This document shows positions 34,677 through 47,484 of a stretch of 64,000 nucleotides of DNA, one piece after another. The notes below the pieces were generated by a model, which saw nothing but the letters and a program-made list of their open reading frames with translations, searched no databases and was not told where the DNA came from. Made by a program: the position numbers and the translations under genes. The stretch comes from Somniosus microcephalus (taxonomy: Eukaryota): NCBI GenBank assembly GCA_052327205.1, contig CM126209.1, positions 63,860,001 to 63,924,000 on the forward strand, in the 5' to 3' direction. Each line of letters begins with the position of its first letter. Within the stretch, counting starts at the first letter, position 1.

Positions 34677-35321
34677 TGCTCAAAACTTTACTTTAGCTTG
34701 GTCTTTTCTCAAAATGTTTTTGCTCTTTATTTTTGAGGCTCCCAGCTTCATTTGGAAGTCTCCCTCAAGACTGTTCCTTGCTTGGCAAATTTTCCAAAAA
34801 AGAAAGGGAAGGCTGCAAAAGGATTTTCCCCGTAGGAATTCCCCACTTTATAATTTATTTTTTGGAGAAGGAGGAACAGCAGGCAACCCAAGAAGCCAAG
34901 CTCATAAGGCAGCACTGGAGGAGATCCAATCCCTCCTGCAGCCACACAGGCACCAGTGTGTATAGCTCACACTTTTATCTGCTTGGAAGATATAATTGAT
35001 TCTTTACTTACCTGTCCAGAAAAGATGTGTGGCTCCTGCTTAGCGAGGAAAAGGCTCTTTTGACCTGAGGTGTGAGAAGCTGCCTGGACCATATATAATT
35101 GCTGTAGCTTTCATCATGTCTTGATTTAACTGTATTTCAAGGCAACTGTGGCTGGATAGATGTCACCGAACACTGAGGCATGCACAGTAAATCTGATTAA
35201 TAGTGTTAGCCTGAACTATGTGGTCTGGCAACATGATCTTTTCCCATCTAATAAACAAGTCAGGAGTATACGGTGGATTACCCAGAGGTACAAGGGTGGG
35301 CTGTTACCTCTGAGAGATCAT

Positions 35322-36834
35322 GGGGCTGAATTTGCGGTCAGGGGCTTCCCGCGGGCGGATGCCTCCGACCAGCAAAAAACCTACGAATATACCTGATGGT
35401 CCCGGAGATTTGGACATTTGTGCTCCTGGGCCTCTAAGCGTAGGCCTGCGTAGAGGCCCATATATCCCAGGGGTGCATGCGGATCGTACAGAACCTCCAT
35501 AAGCATGAATGGGGATGACATTAAAAATAGATTTAACACGATAAATTTTTAAAAAATTACATATTTAAAATTAATTAAAATACAATATACAGTAATTAAA
35601 CATTTAAAACAATTTATTTTTTTGAAAAATAAATTTACATATTTTAAATGCTCTAAAAATAAACTTACCTTATTGTACATGTGTTTTAATGTTTAAATGA
35701 ATGAAAAAAATATTTTAATGTTTTTTAAAACTCTTACGCTGGTAAGAGCAGGACTTACGCCTGATTTTACCAGGTGTAAGAATTTCATGGGCATTCGCTG
35801 GGCAAATAGCGCAACTCTCTGCCCACAGAGGCCCTTCTCCTGGGGATGCGTGTGATCTGTCAAGAAGATTCTTGGCAGATCGCAAGTTCCGGGTTTTAGC
35901 GCATGCGCCTCACACGCCTAAACCCGGAACTTGCATGGCCCCTACGGGTGTGTGCACACCTCGGGCTGGATTTTCATTGGGCCGTGGAGTCAGGATTGGA
36001 GGCGTGTGGGGGGTTAAAATCACGAAATTGGGGGTCCCGACCCCATCCTGCCCCCAACCTGCCTCCATGCCAGTTTCAAAGGAGGCAGGTACCTGCCCCG
36101 CACTGGGACCCACCTCCCCGAGGTGGGAAGGGGATTAGTGCCAATTAACTGCCTGTTAACAGGTAGTTAACAGGCAGTTTTTAGCCTGTTTTATCCCTAT
36201 TTTCATTGTGAAATGTGGGATTCCCGATGGCTCCAAACCACGCCAAGTTAGCGAGGCGGGCCGTCGGGCTGAAGGGCTTGGAGGTGTCGAGATGTCCGGT
36301 GTTCAGGTGAGTGATGGGTGCATGAGTGCAGGGGTAAGTATGTTTGGTCTGTGTAAAGTGTTTAAAGAAGTTCTACTAACCTTTACTTACCTTTACAGCC
36401 TTCCTTCCTTCAGGTCTCGGGAGTCCCTCATCTCACCGGCACAGAAAGCAGAATGGCCGCCAGCTGTCAAAATCTGCAGCCTCTGCTTTCTGTTCCGGGG
36501 AGATCTCTAAATCATCCTGAGAGGAAGGAATTACCCTGGAGTACAGATTGTCAGTGTTTGACAGCTTCAAACAGCTGTGAAATGCTGATATTTCATCTGT
36601 CAAAAGGTCTTGGCAGATGAAATTTCAATCTGTGACGTCACCTGTTGCCAGGTGGCCCTTAATTGGCCTGCTGAGCCCGCTCGGTGGGCTCAACAAGGTC
36701 AATCAAGTCTAAATCGTGTGGGTTGGCTAGAACTCAATGGAGGCGGGACTACAACCCCAAAAGTTGTAGTCCCGCCTCCTTAATGAAAATCCAGCCCCTC
36801 GTACGCGTCCGTAAGGGGCTGCAAATTACGGCCC
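35322..36834. mobile_element. Harbinger-type MITE (outer), CAT TSD
   Basis: Ends GGGGCTGAATTTGC and GCAAATTACGGCCC, with CAT on both sides. Confidence 0.75.
35963..36797. mobile_element. Harbinger-type MITE nested in the outer MITE, CTC TSD
   Basis: Perfect 16-bp TIR GGGCTGGATTTTCATT; CTC on both sides; body homologous to 55843-56679. Confidence 0.88.
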
Positions 36835-37606
36835 CATATTCCCAGTCATTGCATGCATAAATTTAAGTTTCAATTCAAAGGAGATGCAGGCCTGCCTTTG
36901 GAAGCTGCTTTTTACAGTAAGCAAGAATACAGATTATGGAGTGACAGCCTGAATCATAATAGCTTAGCTGTCCTGCACTCTCTGTCGCAGATTCTCTCAT
37001 TGGCATTCCACTTCATTCCCTTCCATCTTGGAACTCTCTTACTCACCTAGTGTCTCTTCACAGTCTGACTGAGGTGCCCTCTGGCACTTCATCTGGCACT
37101 TTTCATCTTTTTGTTTCCAGCTTTTTAAGATCTGCTCACAGGCAATTAAACCAACTAGCTTCCTCTTTGTACAAGCAGCCTGTGTCTCTGTACTCTTGGG
37201 TTTAAAGTGTTGTTCCTTCTTTATTTTAGCCATCTCTATGGTGGGAGATTCTCCTGCCTTCCTAGATGAGTACTGATGATCACTTGGGGCATGGGTCAGT
37301 CTTTTGTTTTTTGTTGCTGGTGGATCTCCATCATTTTTTGTGTTTTATTTACAATTTTCACTGTCGATGATTTCTCCAATTTGTAATCTCCTATAACCGT
37401 GTGCAGGAAAAAGCCTGCGCAGCCATCACCTTTACTCAGTCCTGAGGCTTCATTTCTTTTCAAAAGTCTTATATAATTCTACCTCCTTTAATTCCATTAT
37501 TAACCAGATATTTGTCCATCTTATTTTTAAAGCAGGTAATCAACTTGGTATTAACTGGGCTCATTAAACTCAGTTTTTAACTGAATGCCAACAATAAATA
37601 CTTAGA

Positions 37607-37925
37607 TTTTTAAAATTTATTCATGGGATGTGATCATTGCTGGCAAGGCCAGCATTTATTGCCCATCCCTAATTGCCCTTGAGAAGGTGGTGGTGAGCCA
37701 CCTTCTTGAACCGCTGCAGTCCATGTGGTGGAGGTACTCCCACAGTGCTGTTAGAGAGGGAGTTCCAGGATTTTGACCCAGCGACGATGAAGGAACGGTG
37801 ATATATTTCCAAGTCAGGATGGTGTGTGACTAGGAGGGGAACTTGGAGGTGGTGGTGTTCCAATGCGCCGCCTGCCCTTGTCCTTCTAGGTGGCAGAGGT
37901 TGTGGGTTTGGGAGGTACTAACGAA
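37607..37925 (-). mobile_element. 3' fragment of a CR1/L2-group LINE (same family as 47485-48415)
   Basis: Closely matches 47485-47770; encodes GSKSWNSL. Confidence 0.85.
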
Positions 37926-39204
37926 GATGGTGAATAGTAAAAAATCATTTTCTCCTGAATTCTACAAGCCCCCCACACCTTCCCCCCCCCGCAAAAGGAT
38001 CCCACTGCTTTCTTACGAAAAATAATTCTGGAAATGTATGCACATAACATCTATGACACCAGTACTCACATTGCATGATGTGCAGATGTAAAGCACACAC
38101 AAGTTGGGATTCAATTTTATCAGGAATAAATTGACGCCTGCATAATTTTGATTTTTTTAAAATATGGAAATCTGAATCATCGTTAGTTACTAATGTGCAG
38201 ACTATATTCTTTATACTGTACTGCAGCAAAAGGGGAATTTTAACTTAGAGCGGTATTCGGGTGGGTGGGAGGCAATGGTCCCCGTGTGACCGCGCAGTAA
38301 TGGGAAAGGCCCCGCGCAGGCCACTCACCGATTTCTCCACTGTAAATACCACGCATGCACGGAAATTTAAAGGGACTGTGCACTAAAAGAGAGAGGCCGC
38401 GCAGAACGAAGCACAACTTACAGGGAACATTGACGGGAGGTGGAATGCACAAAAAGTATCTCGGGGTTACCGTATAACTCCAACTGTATAAGCAATTACC
38501 AGTTGCCATTTAGCTCAAGTGCACCAGCTCTTAAGTCCCTTGCATGTTTGCTTGAATTTTAGCAATGTTAAAAATAAAAATGACTTTTTACTGATTTTCT
38601 CCAAATTTATACAGGTTTTTTTGAGATCCATTTCCCTCCTCCCCCCACCCCTCCCCACTGATTTTGTCCTTTTTTTTACACTAAAACTAAAATTTGAGAA
38701 AGAAACCAAAATCAAACACAGGTTTTAAATTGGCAATACAGCCTGATTTTAATGACCCTTAAGTATTAACTACTTTGCTGAGATTCATTCAACATATCCA
38801 TTACTTTATGGGAGCAAAAATGTTTTCTAACCTTTGCCATTCTGTACTGGTGTCCTCTAGTTCTGTGATCATGGGTTAAAATAAATTGTGTGTTTACATT
38901 GCATTATCTTTTCTAATCTTTATAATTTCCCCTCTCAACCTCCTTTTCTCCAATGAAAATAAATCCAACCACATCAACCTCCTCCATCTTTCTCTGAAAT
39001 AACAGATGGGGAACTTTATAAAATACCTCAGAGGTAAAGTCCCAAAGTCACTCTGTTGCTTTTCTTATAAGTATTTCTGATCCATCAATATCTGTTGAAG
39101 TCCCCAGTATTGCACACATTTGTCAAATATTGCCTTATCAACCAATTAAACGAGATTAAAGTAACCCTTTTTGATTTGTAATCAAATGCTCTTGAGGTGC
39201 ATGC

Positions 39205-39560
39205 TAGTAACAACAACAACAGCTTGCAATTATATAGGGCCTTCTCCATGGTAAAACGTCCCAAGGCGAGTGTCATCAAACAAAGTTTGACACTGAGCCA
39301 CGTACAGATATATTAGGGCAGATGAGGTAGGTTTTAAGGAAGGTCTTAAAAGAGGAAAGAGAGGTAGAAAGGTGCAGAGATTTAGGGAGGGAATTCCAGA
39401 GCTTAGGGCCTCAGTAGCTGAAGGCAAGGCTGCCAATGGTGGAGCGATTAAAATCGAGGATGCAGAAGATGCCAGAATTGGAGGAGCGCTCAGATCTCGG
39501 AGGGTTGTAGGGCTGGAGGAGGTTACCGAGATAGGGAGGGGCGAAATCATGGAGGGATTT
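39205..39560 (-). mobile_element. L2 LINE 3' fragment
   Basis: FKSLHDFAPPYLGNLLQPYNPPRS.RSS and an (AAC)n tail. Confidence 0.8.
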
Positions 39561-40434
39561 GAAAACAACATTTTCAGCTTCACTATCTGTTCTGACCTCA
39601 AGCGGAGCCGCCACCCCCTCCATTGCTAAGGTGACCTCTAAGAAACGATTTTTTTTCTTTCACGCTGATACTTCCTTTTCTCTCAGGAAAGCAGTGGTTT
39701 TAAAACTTTACTGTGTAGAGGACCCCTTGCAAATATTGGCACAACCCGCTGAATACCCCTATCCTAACTTTCCAAAGACAGTCAACTACCCAAAGAAAAA
39801 CAGTACTGTCATTGAAGAAAATGTTTTCAGTAATATACAGGAACAGAAATAATGTGATAGTAAGTGACAAAATACAGAGACCTGGTGACAGACAGATAGA
39901 AATACAATAGCCTTTGGGATCCCTTGATGATCCCTTAGGGTCCTTGGACCCTAGTTTGAAAATTTGCACCATATAGTCTGAGATTTGAATACACTCCCCA
40001 TATCTGGGGAGTCCCTTCTAGCACCTCTCACTTTCCTGGATAGGAATCAAGGAAAAGATTGTCATTGATAATTAATCCCGCTCTCACTTCTAGCCTATAA
40101 CCTCTCTCTCTCTGTCACAGCTTTTGTTGTCTGCTCCATTTTATTGATACTATAATACTCAGTGTCATTCTGAACTTTCCTTTTTTGTTCCTTCCAGACT
40201 CCTAATAAGCCATCCTAGATGTTCTTTCTCCTCCCTACTGTATTGAAATCAAGACCCATTTTATTATACGGTCTCCTACTCTAATCTTGCAGGGCTAAAC
40301 TGTGGAACACCCTATCTCCCTCAATGTTTCCTTCTTCTTAGTCTTCAGTCTTTTAAAACCCAAGCTAATCCCTACATTCTGATTTATCTCTTTATCCTAT
40401 TCAACCTTGGTGGTGTCCTGCAGTTATAGACCTT

Positions 40435-41330
40435 GAGGGAAAAATTCAGTTGGTTTGCGCCTCCCGTTAGCACCTTAAGAGGGTGCTAATGGGGCGCAAA
40501 GCAACTAGCACCCGTGCGCGGCAATGTATGCGCCACTCATGAAATTAACTAGACATTTTGCGGCGGCGCTAAACACTACCGCCACGATCTCCTGCGCCGG
40601 CAGATCGTGACGTCAGTCAAGTGTGCAACGCCCCGGTAGCGCCCCGGACCGGATATTGAGTGGCGCCCTCTGCCTTACTGCCTGCCGCTAGCAATGACAG
40701 GTTGAGGGGAGCATTTTGCAGTCAGGAAGGGACTGGGGGAGTGCTATTTAAAGGCAAACACTTCCTGCCTTTTTTTGTTGGTGACATTTTTGCACCACGC
40801 ATTCTGAGAGAGAGAGAGAGAGAGACTTCTGGAGAGATTCAACGCTGTGTGAAGGAGTTTTTGGTACTGAGCAGCACTTTGCAGGTTCATTTTGATTTGC
40901 CCTTCCTTGTATCGATTTAGAAGAGACCGTGAGGGCTGCACTCTGAGCTTTTTCCCTGTGTCTCTCCATTGTTCTTTCCAGCAGATTTGATGTACAGGTC
41001 TCTCCAGGCCGAGATTCAAGGCTGCAATGAGCAGGATGTGGATGGAGAGCAAGATCAACCCTTCCCTTTAAGAACTGGCCGGCGCCATTGTGTCTGTGTT
41101 CCATTGCTGACTGACATCACATGAGCTTCGCCAGCACTCTGAGGTAGCGCCTCGCCCCTTGGCCTTTGCGCCTTAAGACAGGTGTGAAGTGCCTGATTTA
41201 GCACTCCAATCAACTTCAGGGGCGATAAAAGCCAAGTTTGCAGTCGGAGGCGATAATTAGCGCCAGGCACTAATCTTTGCGCCCGGTCGATAATTGCGCC
41301 CCCAATGGGGCGATACTGAATTTCTCCCCC
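40435..41330. mobile_element. Internally deleted Harbinger derivative (MITE), CTT TSD
   Basis: Ends GAGGGAAAAATTCAGT and ACTGAATTTCTCCCCC with CTT on both sides. Retains a Myb-start-like MERHREKAQ on the minus strand near 40970. Confidence 0.82.
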
Positions 41331-41896
41331 CTTGTCCTTTTATTTAGGTTTCTTAATTTGAAAAACACTCTCACTAATTAAATTACCTCCTCAAAGAATT
41401 CTAGCAGGTTTGTGAGGCATCACTCTGTCCTTCTAAAACAATGCTCACTACCTATTATGGCTTAAATAATCTTTACATAGAAATTAACAGCATCCTGTGA
41501 AATGTACTCTGTTGGACTTCCTGGAGAGATATATGTTGGGAAACTTGGAAAGTTAAGGGTTAACAGTTGAGCTGTTTTGTATCTTGGAGTAACAAGCTTT
41601 CAAATATAAACCAGATGACTTTGAAGTGTCATGAGAGGAAGGCATAGCTTGTCTTCTGATGCGAAAAGTGCTTGTGTAAAGAAATAAGTGTTAGTAATGA
41701 CGTCAGTCATCAATGATTGAAGTGTAACTCTAGGGTAATAAAACATAGGTGGAGCTGGGTGTCATCAGTGTGCATGTGAAAGTTGACCCCCCATAGCTGC
41801 AGATGAGAAAGAGGAAGGAGCCATTGATAGATCTACAAAGGTAACAGTGTTACGGCAGGAAGGGAAGCCATTGCTGAAGATGCTTTTGGATAGGTA

Positions 41897-42367
41897 AGAA
41901 AGAAAGCAAGACTTGCATTTATATAGCGCCTTTCATGACCACCGGGCGTCTCAAAGCACTTTACAGTCAATGAAGTACTTTTTAAAGAGTAGCCACTGTT
42001 GTAATGTGGGAAACGCGGCAGCCAATTTGTGCACAGCAAGCTCCCACAAACAGCAATGTGATAATGACCAGATAATCTGTTTTTGTTATGTTGGCTGAAG
42101 GATAAATATTGGCCAGGACACCAGGGATACCTCCCCTACTCTTCTTCGAAATAGTGCCATGGGATCTTTTATGTCCACCTGAGAGAGCAGATGGGGCCTT
42201 GGTTTAACGTCTGATCCGAAAGACGGCACCTCCAACAGTGCAGCACTCCCTCAGTACTGCACTGGAGTGTCAGTCTAGCTTTATGCGCTCAAGTCCCTGG
42301 AGTGGGACTTCAGCACATTCTGACATCCTTCTGACTCAGAGGTGAGTGTGCGACCAACTGAGCCACT
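41897..42367 (-). mobile_element. tRNA-derived DeuSINE (SacSINE1-like) inserted in an L2 fragment
   Basis: Head GTGGCTCAGTTGGT; Deu-domain-like GGTGCCGTCTTTCGGATCAGACGTTAAACC...AAAAGATCCCATGGCACTATTTCGAAGAAGAG; L2-type tail GGCGCTATATAAATGCAAGT. The flank encodes L2 LLNLSAAFD. Confidence 0.85.
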
Positions 42368-44474
42368 GTGTGTCACCAAGAATGGAACCAAGATTGGCCA
42401 GTCCCACTGAGCTGGACAATGAAGAGGAGGTGTCGAAGGAGGAGGTGTAGTTGACTATGTCAAAGGCTGCAGAGAGGTTGAGGAGGGCAAAGACGGAGAG
42501 TGCAACACAATCAGTCACAGAGGATGTCATTGTAATGTATCTTTAGAGCTACTTTAACTATTTTTTAAAACTGTATAATATTCTGTAACATTATCTATGT
42601 AGAATACAGTCATTTTCTTAATTACTCCTGACCTGCCCATACTTGTTAGATCTATAAAAAGATTCTACTTTTTTGATTGTTAACTTTTTCATAATTTACA
42701 CATTTTGGGGGATAATTTTGACTTTAGATGATAGTGTAAAAGATGTGATATTGGCTCGGCTGCATGTTAAACACCTCTCCTGGTTTTTGTTTCTATTAGA
42801 TATTGTGCGTTTTACACTCTTGTCTAAAGTTAAAATGACTCCCTATGTATTTTATGTAGGTAGATTTCTATGAATAGAAGTTCTTTATGATTTGAAGGAA
42901 ATAAACCTAAATTTGATTGAAATTATATAAAAATCCCAACAAAAGATGTTTTCTAATAAATATGTATTATGAAATTGCCAAATCTGGTTGTATTTGCTGA
43001 GCTGGAAGAAACAAGTCAAAGGTGAAGCTACCACCGATTCCAAACACAGCAACAAAATTATTTTTGATTTATGTCAAACTCTGTACATGTGGCTCAGGTA
43101 AAATTGGAACTGTCTTTACTCGTGCGCTGCTTTAACAATGATGTTTGCTGTAATATAGCAAACCCAGCAGGAGCTGTCTTAGAAGAACAAAGGTGGCTGA
43201 CATGAATCAGTCATTCATGAAAGAAAGACTTATGAAATAATACTGAGCGGCCTATGGGTGGCGCTGTCCAGGGAGAGTATAAATACTCGGGCACGGGCCC
43301 AGCTTGCGCAGGACATTCTTAACAGGAACTAGTGAAGGACACAACTAGACCTCCATGTTGTAAAACAGTTGAAGAAAGCTTTGTTTAATGCTTAGACCAA
43401 GTGCCTAGTAGTTTTCTTACATCAGTGGCTTTGATCAATCTGTAAAATACTTTATTATAGCAAAAGTGGGAAACGTAAAGTAAAAAATAACAAAGCTATG
43501 AACACAGCCCCTGATGTGTCGATATGTTAGACACTGATCAAGAGGGATATATAAATGAATAGGTTAAATGATAAGAATTATGGCTTAACATTAAATATCT
43601 GTCAACCATACAGCACTGTATGATGTTTATTTTCACTGGCAGATTCTGTAAATCTCTTCTACCAGCACTGGATCTGAAACAGAACAGCTTAGACTATTGT
43701 GGTACAGGGGATATTCACACAACTAATATTCAACATAGAAATGTGGAGTCACTATTTCTTTTTAGCACATTACAGGTGACCCAACAATCTGCTTGTGCTG
43801 GGATGTAAAAACTGGAACAACTGCAAGTTTAGGTCTGTTTACAGCAACTCATACAATGCTGCTGGGTGATAAAAGTAAACACATTACCGCGGGTTTTGTG
43901 GAGTCGAAGCCCATTATATCGTGGACCAGTATAACTAGCAGATGCAGATTGTGTGGATCAATACACGTCACATTTTCAGTACGAGCACTGAAAAGACTTT
44001 GGCACAAAGCAGTAGACACAAAGCATGACAAATGGATTTATCGCTATGGAGGTGATGATGTTAGATCTGCAATTCAAATGATTGGAAAACAGAATGAAGA
44101 TTATGGTGCGCTGACATGATTGATGGAAGATCAGTTGTTAGTAGTTTGAACACTTGTGTTGCATACTGTCTGTCCTGGTGAGCCTTAGGTACAACATGAT
44201 AAAAGACTGCAAAGTAAACATTGTATGCCAGATTTATAGAAGGAAAAAGAGGATGCTTTCATGTATAATCTTTTTAATTCTCATCTTATGATAAAACTAT
44301 AAATAGATAATTAAAATTATGAAACTATCAACAAAAAAAGCAGACAGTTACAGTGCAATGTGAATATATCAAAGCAATCACACAATGCAATCTGATTATT
44401 GGCTTATACACGTGCAATGCCTGAGTATTAACCATCCACAGGGCAAATAAGCATTAAACATGCACAGTGCAATG

Positions 44475-44838
44475 CAACAACAATAACCACGCATGTAGAA
44501 AAACATCCAAAAGTGCTTCAAAGACAGAATTAAAAAATGATGGATGTCAAGCCAAAGAATGAGACGTTAGGAGTGGTGATTAAGAATATGGTCAGTAAGG
44601 TGAGTTTTAAGAAGGCTCTTAAAGGAGGAGAGGGAAGTGGAGCTAGTTCAGCGAGGGTATTCCAGAGTTTGGGGCCTAGGTAGCTGAAAGCACAAGTGCC
44701 ATTGGCGGGCAAAAGGAAGGATGGATGCACCAAAGTTCATGGGTCAGAGGAATGGAGAGTTTGGGGGAGGTTATAGAGCTGGTATATGTTACAGGGACAC
44801 AGAGGGGCGAGGCAATGAAACAATTCAAAGTATGAGTC
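44475..44838 (-). mobile_element. Degraded L2 3' fragment
   Basis: AFSYLGPKLWNTL; similar to 48905-49375. Confidence 0.7.
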
Positions 44839-45274
44839 AGCATTAACCATGCACAGTGCAAGGGAGGTTCATAATACGAGAGTATTAACCGTACACAGTA
44901 CAAATTTGCCTTTATAAAACCCTGTCATACCCTTTTTGCAAGCACATAGTCAAAGTGCATTATGAGGACATCTCAAAGGAAAAGCTGCAGTATAAACATC
45001 TTCAAAACAAAGTGCCTGTGAGCATTTAGAAAGCCATGTTAAAAACTTTTGCCCAAACTGGGCCATACTGTACATAGCTTTATATCTGTTCCCATCTACT
45101 GTTTTTCAATTTGCCTTTTAAATAAGGCTGAAGTAGGCGCCTGGCCTGATTTGCTTAATAGCTTCAGCTGGGTTCAGTTAGTAGTATTCTTACTGCTGAA
45201 TCAGAAGGCTGTGAGTTTAAGATTCACAATGGACTTAAGCACGCAATCCAGGCTGACAGTTCAGTGGAGTGTTG

Positions 45275-47174
45275 TGTAGAGATTCGCATATCTCTGGTAA
45301 ACAGGATCGAGTGCAAACCAATATGGTGGGTATATTGGCCTAGAAATTCACTAGCCTTAGCGCCGCTTTTGAGGCGCTAGAGGGACTAGCGCCAGAGTTA
45401 TGGCCAGTTGAAAAATTCCCTGGGGCCCTAAAGCGGCGTTGCACCGGTAGCGCTGCGCCGGCACCGATGACGTCATCGGTGTGCGCAGCGTCCCGGTTGC
45501 CATGCCGACGGGCCCCAGCGCCGAAATTCAGTTGCGGCCGCCTCGCCCGTGGCAGCCGCAACTAAGACTCTGGCAACCGAGTCTTACACAAGTTAGCGCC
45601 GGCGCATTAAGGTCGCGCGGCAGCCGGCCGCTTTCCCGCCGGCCGCCTGCCCGCACCTCCCTCCCCGGACTCCTCCACCGCCCCCCCGCGGAACAGATGC
45701 GTCTGGCCTGCAAGCCCGGCACTTGTCCGAGGTGCCGGGCTCATTTTTGAAAAAAACAAACGGCCAGCGATCGGGTGAAGGCAGCGCCTCCTTAACGGGA
45801 GGAGGAGGCCTGCACTTCCCCAGCCTGCCGCACCGCATCGGGTGCCGCAGCGCCGGATTAGCGCCGCAATTCGGCACTCAGCGCCCATTGGGAGGCACTC
45901 ACGCCCGCCAGTAGCGCCGGCAGCCGTCTGGGCGCGGCGCTACTGAATTTTTGGCGCGCGCAAGGGAATTAGCGCCGGCGCTAAAGCCCTGGCGCGGCGT
46001 CAACTCAATTTCTAGGCCATTGTGTTTAATCGGAGTTTAGAACGGAATATAACAAACTAGTTATACATCAAAATCATATGACCGTGACAAGTAGCTGGTG
46101 CCGGATCCGATCGGACAGATGGTTGGCGTACGTGGACAACTCTTCTTATTCGTCCTCCTTCTTGTCTCACGTCTCTCTTTATCTGAACTACCCAAGAGTG
46201 TTAGACTAGGGTCTGCATGGGTCCACTCTCTGAAGCGTGTTAGACCACCGTTTCCACTCTTGGGAGCCCCTCGCTCCATGGTTTGAGCTAAGAGTTTGTT
46301 AGCTCTTCCTTTTATTCTCTTTTTAGGGGTGTGCCTGAGGTAGGATATGGACAGGACCATTTAACCTATAGAGGTTCCCCTTAAAGCAAGGTGCCCAATG
46401 GCATGTCGAGCTCTTTGTCTAAACTTACCAATGAAGACTCTCCCTCAAGGGATCTTCACAACCATTACACATGCTTTCTGTACTTGACCAATCATGGCCT
46501 TACAGCATGTTGAGGACTGTCTTCCCTTATCTCATCCGGCCCTTTCCTTCCAAAGCAATAGTCTCTTATCTCATCCTGTCTTGTCCCCCCTGGTACAGCC
46601 AGTGCGTGTACCAGGCACAGCTTTGGGCCATTAAATCAGAGGCCCAAGTCAGAGCTGTCTTACTCAACCAGCCGCCTAATCTAACAGACTATTCCATCCT
46701 GAGATAGTACCTTAACTCCCATAAATTCCTTCTATTCTATGTCCTTTATACTAATTAACTTTTAATTATCTTCGCAAGCAGTTCTGTTAAACAAACTCCA
46801 AGTTCTATCGTAGCATTATAATATGGTTATTAGTAATAATGGAAGAAATATAGATTGGGCCTTCATTGGCCAAATTAAAGATACATTAACAAAGTCAAAA
46901 CCCTAACTTACAAACAACAGACAGCTAGCCTGGCAGGGCAAGGCCATGCTAATAGGCCCCTATGTGGGATGTTATGCATCCTCTAATCTAACTAATTAAA
47001 AACACTGTCTCAAATTCTAATACCAGCTTCCAGGAAACCGAAACTAATGCAGTCCCAGTAAAACATAACTTATACATTAACCCCTTACTTGTCTCGAGCA
47101 GAAACATACAATCATTTAAACACAGTATTATTCGTGTAGCCATATACATTTTTAGGTACCCCTAGTTTCTAACA
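45275..47174 (-). mobile_element. Putative solo LTR (~1.2 kb without the MITE)
   Basis: TGT...ACA ends with a short imperfect inverted repeat; flanks GTTG and GATG; interrupts a SINE; minus-strand ATTAAA about 70 nt from the 3' end; no long ORF. Confidence 0.6.
45337..46018 (-). mobile_element. Harbinger MITE copy 3 (682 bp, diverged subfamily), ATT TSD
   Basis: TIR GGCCTAGAAATT at both ends; ATT at 45334-45336 and 46019-46021; reverse-complement homolog of 12384-13068. Confidence 0.93.
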
Positions 47175-47484
47175 GATGCATTGTTGAAGATGGCATTTGT
47201 CAGATCTGATGTTAAACTGTTGCTCTGCAAGTGAGCTCAGGCAGATGTAGAAGATCCCATGGCACTGTTTTGAAGTAGGATCCACAAACAAAATATTAAC
47301 TTGTCTGTTCTCTCTGCAGCTGCTCACTGGCCTGCTACGTGTTTCTAGTATTTTCTGTTTTTTATTACTATTTGCATATTGGCTGTCATATTCGGCTAAA
47401 TGAGAACAGTGACTGCACATCAAAAGTAAATAATTGGTTGTGAAGTGCTTTGGCATGCCTTGAAGACATAATAAGGCTCTATCT

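Larger units (their letters stand above)
45165..47280 (+). mobile_element. Old DeuSINE split by the putative solo LTR
   Basis: Head through CCAGGCTGACAGTTCAGTG lies before 45275; the Deu domain (GATGTTAAAC...AGATCCCATGGCACTG) resumes after 47174. Confidence 0.7.

Noticed and set aside
37039-37233. Short minus-strand ORF ending at a GTGAGT donor-like site
   Set aside because: No partner exons or recognisable domain; possibly another decayed transposon exon, but not supportable.
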